Source: Trichoplax adhaerens
Lineage: Eukaryota; Animalia; Placozoa
NCBI RefSeq assembly: GCF_000150275.1
Contig: NW_002060945.1
Span: forward strand, 7,442,643-7,506,642
Reading direction: 5' to 3'
DNA: 64,000 bases
Part shown: positions 25,291 to 39,900 of the stretch, piece by piece
Numbering within the stretch: the first letter of the stretch is position 1
Layout: every line of letters begins with the position of its first letter
Program-made: the position numbers and the translations under genes
Notes under the pieces: generated by a model
Seen by the model: only the letters and a program-made list of their open reading frames with translations
The model's database searches: none
Told to the model about the DNA's origin: nothing

Positions 25291-28200
25291 TTCAATGGCT
25301 TCAGATAAATAAAATATCTTCTTGAGGTAGTTAAATTTTAATAGAATTTGTCTTTACATTTAGATAAGTCCTCATAGTAAAGCCTTCAGTCTTTAATATC
25401 GTTATATATTGATTGCATAACGTAGTGTATTTAATAGGTTTGTTACTAATTTAGTATTCATTTTTAAAGACTATTCTATACTTACCTCATCAATGATCAA
25501 CTCAACTTATTTTAGATTATATATGTGTAAACTGAAAGTCATAGGTCTGTTTAATCATTAAAGAGTAGAATTATTGCTGCATTAAAATTGTCGCTAATAA
25601 TAACATGATAGAATTCACTGGTGTTGTTTATGTTAAACTTTAAGGTTGTCTTAATTAATAAAAGTATTTCATAACAGAAATATACCTGGCGTATTTTATA
25701 TATTGAATTTATAGATTTTGAAAAGGATTATTATAGTTAAAATATTTAGCAGAGATTTTCTACCGAAAGATAGCATGTTTATAGTATTACTTGCTATTAC
25801 TACAGGCAGATGTGATAAGGCATGAAGTAAAAAGTATTGATTGGTATTGAAGTTGATGCTTACAAACATTCATGTAAATCTTACATAAGATGATAGTGCT
25901 GTGTCCCTTAACACTTTAATTTAAGCCATAAATTTTTCTATATTAAGCTTTAACCAGCGAAAAATTCTGTTACAGTCGTGGTGTGAGACTATTACTAGAA
26001 TCTGAACTTAAATTAACTCTACATAGTTATAGTTCATCAGTTACTGTTTCATCATATTATGATTGCAGGTATATGTCACTAAAATGCTACTTCTGAAAAG
26101 TAATGAAATCAACTGCTGCACTATAACATGTCGTAAGTAAATGATTCAGTGAATTTATCCTTAACTTTACCCATAATCTTAGTCAAATTATCATCTTAAA
26201 GCAGTTATATACGTGTAAAAACTAAACATTAATACATAGTTTCACTTATTTATCTATATGATAGTATAAAGTAGCCGTGAGAAATTTTACCTTAAATTGT
26301 GAGGGTAATGCTTTTTAGCAATTCCTGCAATTTTGTATAACGATTAATTAAATAATTAATCTCTGCTATTAATACCCGAGAAAAACTAAATGTATCTATA
26401 AGATCTCGCTCACTTCTCTTCACTTCAATTTGATCAATTCGCTAGAATTAGCAAAACACTATCTTATCTCAAAATATACTACATATAACTAGGAGTACTG
26501 ATATCTAATACTATTATAGTGATACAATAGTCCAAATGTGAATTAATGCTGTTATAAAAGTCGTAGAATAAGTACTATAATTGAATTTGATCTTAAAGAG
26601 CAAGTTATTTTAAAATATTAACTACCGGTAATTGAAGGCGTTGAATTTTATTGCTAGATATAAGGATTTTAAACAATATAAGCTATTGTCCTTTTATATC
26701 TTCCGAAATAAGCTATAGACAGAACATCATGTCGCCGAATAATTTAATGTTTCATCCGATAAGACAACTTTAAGATCAATAGTATTACTCTTAACTGAAG
26801 CTCTGTCAAGCTTTAAATTTTGCTTGATGTATGCCTTTCTGCTATAGTTACATGATTTCAACGTGGGGCACTACTCCTACTAATTTGCTTGGCATATTCT
26901 GCAATTAAGTGTCTTGCTAATTAGCTGCTAATTTATATATCTTTGTTTTATAACTTGTTATAGATCTGTCAGGATATATTGAGTAAGAGGCTTTTTAATT
27001 ATGAAAGATATTTATATGGGTAAAATTTATTCTACTTGATCCGTACAGCGTGTAGTATTCTAATTCTATAGTAGTTTCACGTTCTAAAAGCTATCCGTAA
27101 CTTGATTTCATTAAGATGCTTATTCACTGATTATGGAGCATTGTTGGACCATGATTAATGTTATATTCGCAGTATAATGACCAATGAATTAAGAATCAAG
27201 ATACCGATGCCATACTATTCTTATCATGCTCGTAGAACATTTGAAGTGAATGTATTGCCATTTACAACTTTTGCAAAAGTCGACTTATTTTCTTATTATC
27301 TATTGCATAATTCTGAGTTTTCAGCCAGATGAAGTTATGATTTTTTCATACAATAATTTTTTAAATTTATGATAGAAGTAAAAGAGAATGTTTATTGAAA
27401 TAGCCTTATAAGGTGCAAGCTAACGCTATATTATCCTCTTCGAGATTCTATTAAGATAATCCAGCATTGTGTTTTAAACTTATTGCACGGCATAAATATT
27501 TAGAAGGCCCCATAAAATAAAACAAACCGGTTTTCAAAGAGTGTTACAATCGGTTTGTAATAGAGATGCCGAAACCTGGATAATTAGGAACGAATATCCT
27601 TTCTAACTAACTGGTAAAGTCTAATCAATCCGTTCACAATAGACTTACAGCGATTTGATAGGCTTAGATTAAACTATTTCTGGTAAGACTGTTTAGAATG
27701 GTCTTGCCAACCAAGACAAATATTACTACCATGAAAGATACAGCATACATCACAACGCTGAGAAAAGGAATATTTCCTATTTGAAGTGCAACGCTTTCTA
27801 CACTCTCGCTCCGCTATCCTCCATGCCTGGCTACACATTCAAAGTTGAGACAAAAAATTTTTATACTGCAGTTTGTAAACTATTTATAAAGGTTCAGTAA
27901 ATTAGAATTAAACATTAATTAAAAGCCTAGAGAGTCTTAGTACCGTAATAAGAAGACTACAGAGATATTTTCCTAGGTATTCTTGCATGTGTGCATATTT
28001 TACTATTTAATTTGCCTACAGTAAATACAAAGACATAAAAATAAATAAAGCAACATCATTACGTTTGTCGATAATTTTGTTTAGCAGGGTTCAAAAATAG
28101 TAGTAGTAGTAGGAATGGCTTTTAAAGACTCTTTATTGAGTAAACTGAGTATATCTTCCTATTTTACTTGCAAATAAACTATTTTATTTTGCTCATACTA

Positions 28201-29895
28201 CATACAGTACTTCGATGTACTGTATAAAGGCTTAAGTAGATTAAAAAATAAGACCAGCACAAATTATTGTTGGGCGCTTCTATTAAAAGAGCTATTATTT
28301 AGAGGATCGATAAAATAAAAAAAATCATTTATTTGGATGTCATATACCTTAGAGAAATTTACTGTACTATGTATTTTTCTTCTGCTATATACGTACAGAG
28401 TGATACTCTTCAGTTTCATTAGCAATATCTGATGTTTAATTTACTTGTCTTTAACTAGATAAACTTATGAAAGCAAGCTATTATGAAATGCCTTTTAGAA
28501 CACCTGCAAAGGAAATAACAAAAATTATTTTCTTTTTGAAGTTCTTCTACAGTTCATCCGTATTACTTGCATTACAGTCTATATTAACTAAGGCAAGGAG
28601 TTTCTACGAAGAGTGAGATGGTATAATTACCTGAAGGATAACAATAAATTTAATGGGCACAGATCATGTCATTATTTTCCATAGCCTCAAGCAAAATTAT
28701 GTATCAGAGAGCGATTACGCATATTCACTTAACCAGTTACAGAACAAGCTATAACACAAAAAGGGTTGCCTGCTGTTTAGGTAGCGTATCCAATTTTGGA
28801 GTAGGAAATAATTTAGAATGTCGTACTAATGTTAAGAATCCGTAAAATTCTCTAACTGTATGCTCCGATTGAAGATACTTCTATATCATCTTTGTATTGG
28901 AGGAATTGTTATATCTGTCTAGAGACTATTTAACATTAAAGGGACATAAATCTAAAGTATGCTGAAAGTTTATGAACCGATTATTTATACTGACAATGAC
29001 TGAATATCGTTAAGAGATTAGTGGGAAATGAACAATTAAAATAGATCGACCTAATAATGACACCCAGTATTTTATGAGACACTTTTATTTAAATTCACAT
29101 GGAAAAATTCTAAATTATAGTTGATGTGTTCGCATTATACACATATATGAAAGTAAAATAAATGCTTAATTTTATTTTGGTGGCATAATCTGTATTATGT
29201 ACTTTAAATATATTTTTAATAATTCTTTTAGTTAAGAACTTTTCATCATTCTTCCTTGAATTCTGGGGAAGTAATGAATGTAAATTTGTGATTTACTTTC
29301 GCTTTAGGTAAAGTTTGAAGGATATAAATGTAAATTATTGGCGTGATGATTTACATTCCTCTATTCTCTTATTCTCGAGTTAGACTCTGCTGCAGATTGA
29401 TACCGTAATTGTTGAAACGCAGGTATAAAGTTATGTTTTTCTCACTTTTACCATTTTTATATTTAAGATTTTCATCCTATAGAATACGATAAAATTCAAT
29501 TTTGTCGTGAAAGTAGGCTAAGCTAGAGTGTCATTAAGTGTATTTGATTACGCTATGACATTACATTAACTGCTCAAGATGTCACTTACAGTAGGTCATA
29601 ACTTGTTCTAAAAAAATAATCGATAGCGCAATGCAGTCTAGTACTTCAATTTTACTCAAAGTACAGATAAATGTTATTCGAGAGTAATGTAGAAGGCTAT
29701 TTAAATCTAAACCTTAGAGACTGGATTACCGTAGTTGGTAGCATAAATTTAGGATATTGATTTTAGCCAGTATTCAATGTTAATATAAATCATTTCAAAA
29801 GGTACGCATAAACTGTTTGATTTTCTAGAAATAACTTTCTATTCTCTTCTCTTTCGATTGCCTTTCAGTCCATCTATAAGGATACATGCTGAAAG

Positions 29896-32800
29896 ATGAA
29901 GATTCGCCTTTTGGCCTTGATTTTTCTACTTGTAATCTCCACTGCTTATACAGAAGAGATTCCATCATCAGATAAAACCGAAAATGACTTTCTCAGAAAT
30001 ATCGCCAGTTCAGCAGTTGATAACGTACTATATAAGGAGACCAATAATCAAAATATCGACGATAATTCAGATAGTCAGAGCACCGAATCGGATAAAGCTG
30101 AAACGGAAGATACCAGTCTTCGCGAAGTAGAATTTCAGGATAACAAAGAAATTATTGATGAAGATGGTTTAACCAAGTTCGATAATGAAATAGAAGAAGA
30201 TAATTCGAATAAGGATGAAGACGAGCACGTAAATATCGATTAAATGATTGCTTAAAATATTTGATACTAATTTATATAGAATTAGTTTATAATAAGCATA
30301 GGCAGGTATTAAATTTATGGGATAGCATAGAGATCGTTTATTAAGTGTAGACGATTCTTCTAGTTCAACGTGTATAAATCTATGATTACTATTGCTACAA
30401 CGACGATAACAGATTGAGAATTAAGTAGAAAATTTCCTACGAGTATTTAAGCACAGAATATTAGCGTACTGTAAGCATATTACAAAAGGAACTTGACCTG
30501 TTACGAGCAGAAAAATATTTCAGTCGTAGAAAACTTTAACCTGTTAGTTGTGGGTGGTTTTAATCAATTATGATAGTATTCTAAATGGAAATGCAACAAA
30601 AAGAATTGCACCTGTTAAAAGTTATTAATATCATAGAATGATAAAGTTATCAGTTCAAATAATACTCGTATAGCTTTCAGAAGAAGTATTACCACTGGCT
30701 ATTAAAAATTGAGAATAGAGTTAATTTATATTGAAAGATACTTGGAAGTAGTTTCGTTCTACATATTAATTGCTTCCTTGGAATTGAAATAGAGGGGATT
30801 AATTTACTGAATGTTGATTTATCAGTATAAACTAATTTACAGCTAGGTATGTACTACTTCGGTACTGACAATTATTTGTGTGTTGGAATAGCAAGTCTGA
30901 TTTCTTTATCTGGATAATTAAGGAAAACATATTTATATACTGTAGTATTTCTGCAGTACACATTTATTTTAAATCTACGAGGAGTAGGATTAGTCGATCT
31001 TAAGCAATGTTTATATCATTCAATGCTAATCTAGATTGTTATTTTTCGTGCCTGTTTATTCGAATTTGAGTAGAAGAGATTAGCCCATCCTGAACGAAGT
31101 TATATCATACCAACAGTTTATTTATTTATTAAATTATGCAAGCTTAGGCTATTATTACAAATGCTTATTGGGAATAAGAGACGAACTTACATATATGCAG
31201 TACAATTTTATATAATCAAAGTGACTTTAATTACAATGTATATCTATATATAAAATAAAGATGCGCTTATGTGTTGCTGATAATATCTTAATGTAGTTCT
31301 AGTTCTCCATAATCTGATATAATCATTGTACCTACATATAACCTCCATAGAAATCATCTTGGGGTCGTCGTCGTCGTCGTTGGATTAGACGCCGCGTCGT
31401 CGTCGTCGCCGAACTCCGACAATCAATCCTTGTACCGGTTACATAACAAGTTTAAGACGATGCCAAAGTTCACGCAATGCTTTGCAAAGGCAAGTTTACA
31501 TACTAAGAAGACAAAATAGTATATTGCGTCGAACAGTTTACAATCAAGGGTTAATCATTCGTCGATTAAGAGCCAAAAATGTGCGTCTTGTTCGACAAGT
31601 GGCCTCACTTACAAGACAACTTCTCGTCATAAGGCGACAATATGCCGGTCTACGAGTGTGGTGTAATGGTAAGATAATCATATTAAAGCGAAGGATAAAA
31701 GCACTACAAGTGCAAATTCTCATACTTAGGAGGATAATTGCTACTAAACAGGCCCAAATCAATCGATTGTCTGCTGTAATTCGTGTTAAAAATTCGATTA
31801 TTAAACGGCTAAAAATAAGACTTATTTCCAAAGATGCCTTTATTCGTGGTCAGAAAATGATAATCGTCTTAAAAAATCGTAAAATTGCTTCCCTAAAAGC
31901 CCAACTATCTAGCAAAAACAGTGCCATTGGACGGTTACATCAAACCATTGCCCGTAAAGATGGCCTCATTCAGCAGTTATACGGTAGAATAGCTAAGAAA
32001 GATCGAACTATTTCTCAATTGCGTACAACCATTAACACCAAGAATCAAGAAATCACACGACTTAAAGGAATTATCTCTAATAAAGATCATAATATTACTC
32101 AATTGCAGCAAACTATCAGCAATAAGGAAACCACTATCGATCAATTACGACAAACTATAATCGTCAAAGATAGTCAAATCAGCCAATTGCAAAGTACTAT
32201 TAAAAGTGTGAATGCAGTAATCAATCAATTACGAGGTACAGTTGCCAATCAGACTGCTACTATCAGCAGCCTGCGACAAACTATCGGCAGTCAAAATGCA
32301 ACAATTCTGGAATTACATACTAAGGTTTTTAGTCAGACTCAACTTATTGGCCAACTTAATGCAACTATATTAAATCAAAGAATTCAAATTAATCAGTTAC
32401 ATGCCGTTATCGCTAGTAAAAATTTCACGATTGATAGTCAAAGTCAACAAATCACTGGATTGACTGGACGTCTTAGTAAGCTAAGAGCTAGAGTACGAAG
32501 GTTAAGATTTTCATTACAATCTCTAACGGCAACTGTAGGTACATTACGACAAAAAATTTTAAGATTAAATGGGAAGTATCAAGTGTTAAAAGCCAAAATG
32601 GAAACTCTCAATATCCAACATCGACATGTCCAAAATGAAAATACTCGCTTGAACTCAACTCTACAAGCTAAAAATAGTCAGATTGAACAATTGAAATTGG
32701 ATAAAATACATTTAAATAAGAATATTACGATATTGAAAAATCAGACTCGACATTTGAATCAAAAATTAGATGATCAAAACGAAAAATTTAAAAATCTGAC

Positions 32801-33074
32801 CGCAAGATTCGACAAAGCCGATATTTGTTGCCAGGCTTGTAATAGAAAACCCATATCCGAAAATCCGTTTAATGTAACATCGTCTAGTAATACTAAAAAT
32901 GAAGACGAAATAGCTTTTCAAGTGATATCAGAAGATGAGGTGAATGAAGAGAATCCATCGGAAAATTCGATAGATGAGAAGTCATCCGGAATTGAATCCA
33001 AAAAGAAAGATTCGAATGATGATCTTTCTGAAAGAGATTTTGATGAGAATACTTTGGAAATGAGTTTAATCTAG
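29896..33074 (+). CDS. Gene C: secreted precursor with signal peptide, acidic pro-region, SSWGR5WIR head, long coiled coil with 14-aa repeats, CCQAC and acidic tail; apparent 1-bp frameshift near 31394
   Basis: Exon 29896-30228 (..KDEDEH|gtaaat). The exon from 31351 reads KSSWGRRRRRWIRR but stops at 31444-31446. The long ORF frame reads RRRRRRTPTINPCTGYITSLRRCQSSRNALQRQ.. through to 33074. Close paralogue of D. Confidence 0.8.
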
Positions 33075-36000
33075 GCGCAAATACAAACTAATAAGTCTGA
33101 AAAATGATTAACAATATGTGTATTTATGCAACTAACTCTTCTATAAGAATAAATTATAGTGCAGGCATGCAATAGAAATATAGAATAAATTGCACTCTTT
33201 ATAATAGCCCAGGGTTATAGATTTAGCTTTCAGTTGTAAAAGTATCGAATTTCGTATTTATTTTGGCATAATGTTGCTGTATTTATTCTCTAGTGATATA
33301 ACATACTATAAATTTAGATATATAATAAATAATGCTTAAATGAAATGATTGCTCAGATAACTACCCTTTTTTCTGCCTGTTTACCTGTATTTGAAAGCTG
33401 TGCTTTATAGCTCTCTTTTAGGATAAAACGTTAGTAATTATCATGATACAATATGTATCATTAATTTGATTGTGCTGTCACATTGTTCGTCAATTTCTTA
33501 TAGGGTACATCTTAGTAAAATTAATAAATATACTATGAGTGCATAGAGTCCAAAAATAAAAAGAGCATGAATTTTCTCTACATAAATGTTGTGTTCCGTA
33601 ATTTTAGAAAATGGGAAACTACATAATATATTAAATTTATTCCATGTTAGTAACATTTAGATGCTCGCAGAATCTTACTCGAGAAGATATAGTATTGCAG
33701 GCCTTCATGTAGCTACCTTTTATTTTACATACCATAACATTTCTCTCGTTGATAGGCTTTAAAAAACACTTACATGAATAATGTAATACCGTATATTTTA
33801 CGCGTGATTTTATTTCACACGATACTAAAAGTAATTTAGCTATGTAAGCGATTTGTAAAATATTGTATTGAGCTAGTCGTAGTCATTGTAATTTTTTTTC
33901 TTCCCTACATACAATTGACAAATACCTTAATTGATCGATTCAATTATTTACAGGCACTAATAAATTTAGTGTATGCGAGAGGTGATCAAAAAGATCGAAA
34001 AGCTATCTTTCATATAATACATCACAAAAATGATCTCTCTTGAATCCTGTTTATCATTGTAAATTATTTAGTGTACATAAAGATTAGTAGCTGGTCAGGA
34101 CTCCAAGATTTGTCATCAAGCTAAAGTAGGACCATAAAATTTTAGTTACCCTAACCAATGACTATCGTTAAAAAGTGATTAGAAGAGATTAACAATTCGG
34201 TACTATAACTGAGGAGCAGTGTAGTTATACAATTAGAGTAGCAAACACTCATGATGTCTTCCTAATCGTAAGATACAACGTTTGAAGTAAACTAGTGCAA
34301 ACTCCCTTCGCTTTGCTGACGGTTTACGATAATGTGCTCATTTAACAGATAGTATTACCATTTGATAGACCTGTCAGAGGTTCAGTAACTTTTTACCGTG
34401 TACTGTATGCTGTACAAAAGTACTGTTTACTTAACAAAATCTTCCTATATTAAAAAGAAAGAAATAGTAGTATATGGTAGTTGTAGTGTATTTAGAATAT
34501 ACTGTAACTATATTCTACTCTTAAATATAGACATGTTGTATTGCTCTTATATTTAGACAGATCTACAGTCCGCTTACTCTACATTCATATATAGGCTACT
34601 GTATTTAGTTATTACGGTACTCGCTGTTTTCTACAATCATCTACTATTTTGTAACCTGTTATGGTATATGTTGTATCTAATTCCACAATCCTATTCTCTG
34701 CATGTGCTCTATCTTTAAAACTATAAATACCGGCGATTTCTACCTCAGAGTCCGTTAGCCTCTCAGTTAGTCTTCTAGTTAGTCTCTCACAGTCTAATAC
34801 TTCTACTCGTTACTCACGACAGCTTGCGCGCTGATCTACCGTAACTACCTCACTGTACTTCACATTACTAACCTACAATAAGGCATAACTTTTATAAACT
34901 CTTTGGTGTAATAATTGTAAATGGCGACTAAATCTCAATCCTCTGAGATATTGAACCCTCCATCACAGTAGTATAGTACTTCGATTTTGAGTTATAAACA
35001 TATTTTACGACATGTTGTTTAGTAGGTCGATAAAAATATAAAAGGGATGAAAGTGATGAAAGAGATTTTTCCTGATCCTCTCCACATGGAGCAAAAATAT
35101 TACTGGTATACAGATTTGAATGCTTACTGTTTATCTATTTTGTCTGCTTAAAATTCAAATTATAGACGTATGAAAGTATGCAAAGTTGCGAAAATTGTTT
35201 CTTGATGATATTAAAACTTTTAAATACATATTAGAGAACTTTTCATAAATGTTCTTTGCCTTACTAAATGTGTACATTAGTTTACTAGAGATGTACTATC
35301 TTCTGTTTTCTTCATCCCTGTGACAAAATTTAGTGAATGTAGCTTGAATATATTAAAATTAAGACCGATAAATTGCTGTAAGCTGCTACTCTTGAAAGGG
35401 CTGTTGTTAGAGGTCTGTAATAGAATTAGAGGGAGTATCAGTAGTTTATTTGAATATTATTTGCCTTGCAGGGAGTCATTACTGTATTATTTATTTATCT
35501 TCTGAGATACGCATAGATTATCGTACATTCTAGTTTTCATTTCCGACACCTGTTATTTAATTTACATATTTTAAACTCGATAACTTATGAAAGTAAGCTA
35601 TTACAAAGAAATTTTTAGAAGGTTTCTAAGAGAACTAACAGAAAGCGTTTTCCTTTTAAGTCCTTGCATATTATTATTTGTACAGACTAAGCAATCAGTT
35701 TCTACTTAAGAGTGAATGATATATATTTAGCGGGGAGATGAAAAAAATTGTACGGCAATACTCATAAATGATATCATAGTATAATGGAGTTTCGGACTGT
35801 TCTAATATCCGAAAGCAATTATGCTTACCCGGTATACGCTTAAGTAGTTACGAAAAATTATCATACGAATAGTGCTGTCTATTGTTTAGATTGTTTATCC
35901 AGTTTTTAAATAAAGAATAATTTTGTAAACAGCTTTGATTCCAAAGAGCCGTAAAATTCATTGGCTGTTTGAATCGGTCAAGATGGTTTTATGTTATCTT

Positions 36001-36999
36001 TGAGTTAAAGTAAGTTATTATCATTATTTTCTATACTTAGCTTTAAAGGTGAATTGAATCTAAAGTACATAGAAAGTTTGTTGTTAAAGGTAATGATTAA
36101 ATGCCATTAAGAAAAATAATGGAGAATGAATGATTGCGATAGATCAGGATAAAAAGGACAACAGTAATGTCTTGTTTCCTTAAGACCGTTTTAATTCAAT
36201 ACATGGAAAAATTCGTAATTTTCTTTGATATGACTGCATTAAATGTACACATAAAGTAAGCGCCCAATTTATTTCAGCATAATAGTATACCAGATAACCT
36301 GTAATAATTCTCTAAGTATATTTTGGATAGTTCTTTAGTCAACAATGTTTTACTGTTCTCTTAAATCTTTAGAAAAAGGAATGAATGTAATTTCCTGATT
36401 TACTTTCAGATTAGCTAAATTCCGAATATAAAAGTTCATCATTTAGCCATATGATTATATTCATCCATTCTTTTATTCTCGAATTGGCCTTTGTCGCCGA
36501 TCGATAATTGATATAATTATCGAAATACAGGTATAAGATTGCTGAGCGAATTTCTTGTGTATTTGTCATTTTTCACATACGTGTATAAGATTTTCATCTT
36601 TTAGAACGCCGTACGGTGCAATTTTAGCTTTATTATGAAACTAGGTTAAGCTACCGTACCGGAAAATTTATTTTATTGCACTATGTAACTATGTACAGGG
36701 CTCGAGATATTATGTCTTACCTGTAGTTTGTTATAATCGATAGTGCAATACGGTATTTCAGTGTACTCAAAGTATGGGCTAGTATTATTCATAAGTAATG
36801 CACAAGGCTATTTAATTCTAAATTTTTTATATTATTGCAGTTGGTAGTGAAAAGTTATGGTGTTGATTTTAGTTAGTATTCAATGTTAACTTACATCTTT
36901 TATAAGGTACCAATAATCTTTTCAGTTTTACTGAAAAGTATTTTATTCTGAAATTAGTATATCGCCTTACAGACTATCAATAAAGATACGTACTGAAAG

Positions 37000-39900
37000 A
37001 TGAAGATTCGCCTTTTGGCCTTGATTTTTTTACTTGTGATCTCCAATGCTTCTGCTGAAGAGATTCCATCATCAGATAAAACCGAGAATGACTTTCTCGG
37101 AAATACTGCCAGTTTTGCAGTTGACAGCATACTAGAAAACACTGAATCGGATAAAGTTGAAATGGAAGATACCAGTCTTCGCGAAGTAGAATCTCAGGAA
37201 TACAAAGAAATTGATGGAAACGGTGTAACCAAGTTCGATAATGAAATAGAAGAAAATAATTCGGAAAAGGATGAAGATGATAGCATTGATGGTGAAGGCG
37301 AGCAGGTGAATATCGACTAAAAGATCGCTTAAACATTTGATATTAAGTTAGAGAGATTAGTTTATAATAAGCTATGGTACCGGTAGGTTATTAAATTTGT
37401 ATGATGGTATGGAGATAGTTTATTAACTGTAGAGGATTCTTTCAGTTTAACGGGTATAAATATATGATAACTATTACTACAACTGCGATAATAGATTGAG
37501 AATTAAGTAGAAATTTTTTCGGGTATTCAAGTACGAAATAGTAGCATTCGGAACTAGCCTATTTGATCAGAAAAATATCACAGACGCGGAAAACTCTAAT
37601 CTGTTAGTTGAGGATAGGTTTAATCAATCGATTATTGTAGCATGCTTAATGGAAAGGCAATAAAAAGAAATGCGCATGTTAACAGTTACCAATGTCATAG
37701 AATGATAAAGTAATCAGTTGAAAGGAATACTCGTATAGCTTTAGAAGAAATATTGTACCTGGTTATTAAAAATTGGAAATAGAGTTAATTTAAGATGAAA
37801 GATACTTGGAAGCAGTTTCGGACATTAAAGTTCCGTACCTGCTCATTGAAGTTACAATATGGGCGTTTGTTCGTATGTTAGAGTAGAAAGCTCAGTCCCT
37901 CGAATCAAGAATAATAAATTAAAACTAGGTTATGCTTTCATAGTAATTATTTATTTGAAGCGGAGTAGAAGTGATTCAATTTGAAGAATGTTAATATCAA
38001 GAGAAATTAGGCTAACTAGGGATTATTGTGGTACTTTTTGCACATGTTTATTTAAATTTCATCAGAAGTGATTAACCCATCTTTTGAATTATATCAAATA
38101 TCACATAAACAAATCATTTATACCTCAACTAAGCTTAGATTTTCATCACACGCGGTATGTCTAATCGGCATGATCTAATCCTATGTAATCATGGTAATTT
38201 ATATGGCAATGTATACTGGATATAGTCCAAATATTTCATCTACTAGCCTACAGTCTAGCGGCATCTAATGAAATCGTGTAATTAACGGACAAGATATTTA
38301 TTCGGATAATGGGCGAAGATCGTATCTTTCAATGACTGTATTCGATCTCGGAGTCTATTGCGAGTGTTGTATGTAGATACTATGACTAATGGATTGGCTG
38401 CAATATGAAGTGGCGGCTTACAAACTTGCCTATATGTATTGTCGATAAAATCATAGAATAGTCCTAAATCTATATAACACTGATTATTATTTTTATTTAT
38501 ATGTTGTTTACCGTATAGAAAACTTTTAAATCATCTTGGGGCCGCCGTCGCCGTTTTCGTTGGCTTCGTCGTCATCGTCGCTATCGCCGCCAACAACCGT
38601 TTGTAAATTCTTGCTCTGGCTACATAACGAGTTTAACGCAATGCCAAAGTTCGCGTAATGCTTTGCAAAGGCAAGTTAATAGGTTAAGAAACCAAAATGC
38701 TCGCTTACGTCGAAAACTTTTCAATCAACGCTTATTAATTAGTCAATTGAAAAGTAAAAATATGCGTCTTTTTGGAAGAATAGCGATACTTAGGAGGCGA
38801 CTCCTCAACTTAAGACAACGATATACTAATCTACGAGGGTGGTATAATAGTACGATTATCACCTTAAAACAAAGAATAGCGATATTACGAGCGAAAATTC
38901 TCAGACTTAGGAGGATTATTGCTGTTAAACAAGCCAAAATTAAACGATTGATTGCAGTAATTAGCGTTAAAAAATCGATTATTAGACGCCTAAAACTACG
39001 ACTTATTTCTAAAGATGTCACTATACGTCGTCAGAGAACGATAATCGCCTTAAAAAATCGTAAAATTGCTACTCTACAAACTCAACTGGCCAATAAAGAC
39101 AATACCATTATACAGTTATATCAAACTATTGCTACTAAAGACAGTCTCATTCAACAGCTCTATGGTAGAATAGCTACTAAAGATCGAACTATTTCTCAAT
39201 TGCGTAGTACAATTAACACCAAGAATCAAGAAATCACACGACTGAAAGGAATTATCTCTAATAAGAATCATCGTATTACTCAATTGCAGCAAACTATCAG
39301 TCATAAAGATACTACTATTAGTCAACTACGACAAACTATAATTGATAAAAACGGCCAAATTACTCAATTGCAAAGTACTATCCAAAGTAAAAATGCAATA
39401 ATCAATCAATTACGAGGCACAGTTGCCAATCAAGCTGCTACTATCAATCATCTGCGACAAATTGTTACTAGTAAAAACACGACCATTCAGAAATTACAGG
39501 CTAAGGTTTCTAATCAGTCTCGACTTATTGGTCAACTCAATACAACTATATTAAATCAAAAAACTCAAATTAGTCAGTTGCATGCCATTATTGCTAGTAA
39601 AAATTACACGATTGATAGTCAAAGTCAACAAATCGCTGTATTGGCTGGTCGTATTGGTAAGCTTACAGCTAGATTACGAATATTGACGGTTTCATTAGAA
39701 TCTGCATCAGCAACAGCGGATACATTGCGACAAGAAATTAGAAAGCTTAACGGTAAATATGAAGTGTTACAAGCTAGAATGGAAACTCTCAATATCCAAT
39801 ATCAACATTCCCAAAATGAAACTGCTCATTTAAATTCGACTCTGCAAGCAAAAAATAGTCAGATAGAACAATTAAAATTAGATAAAATACAGTTAAATAA

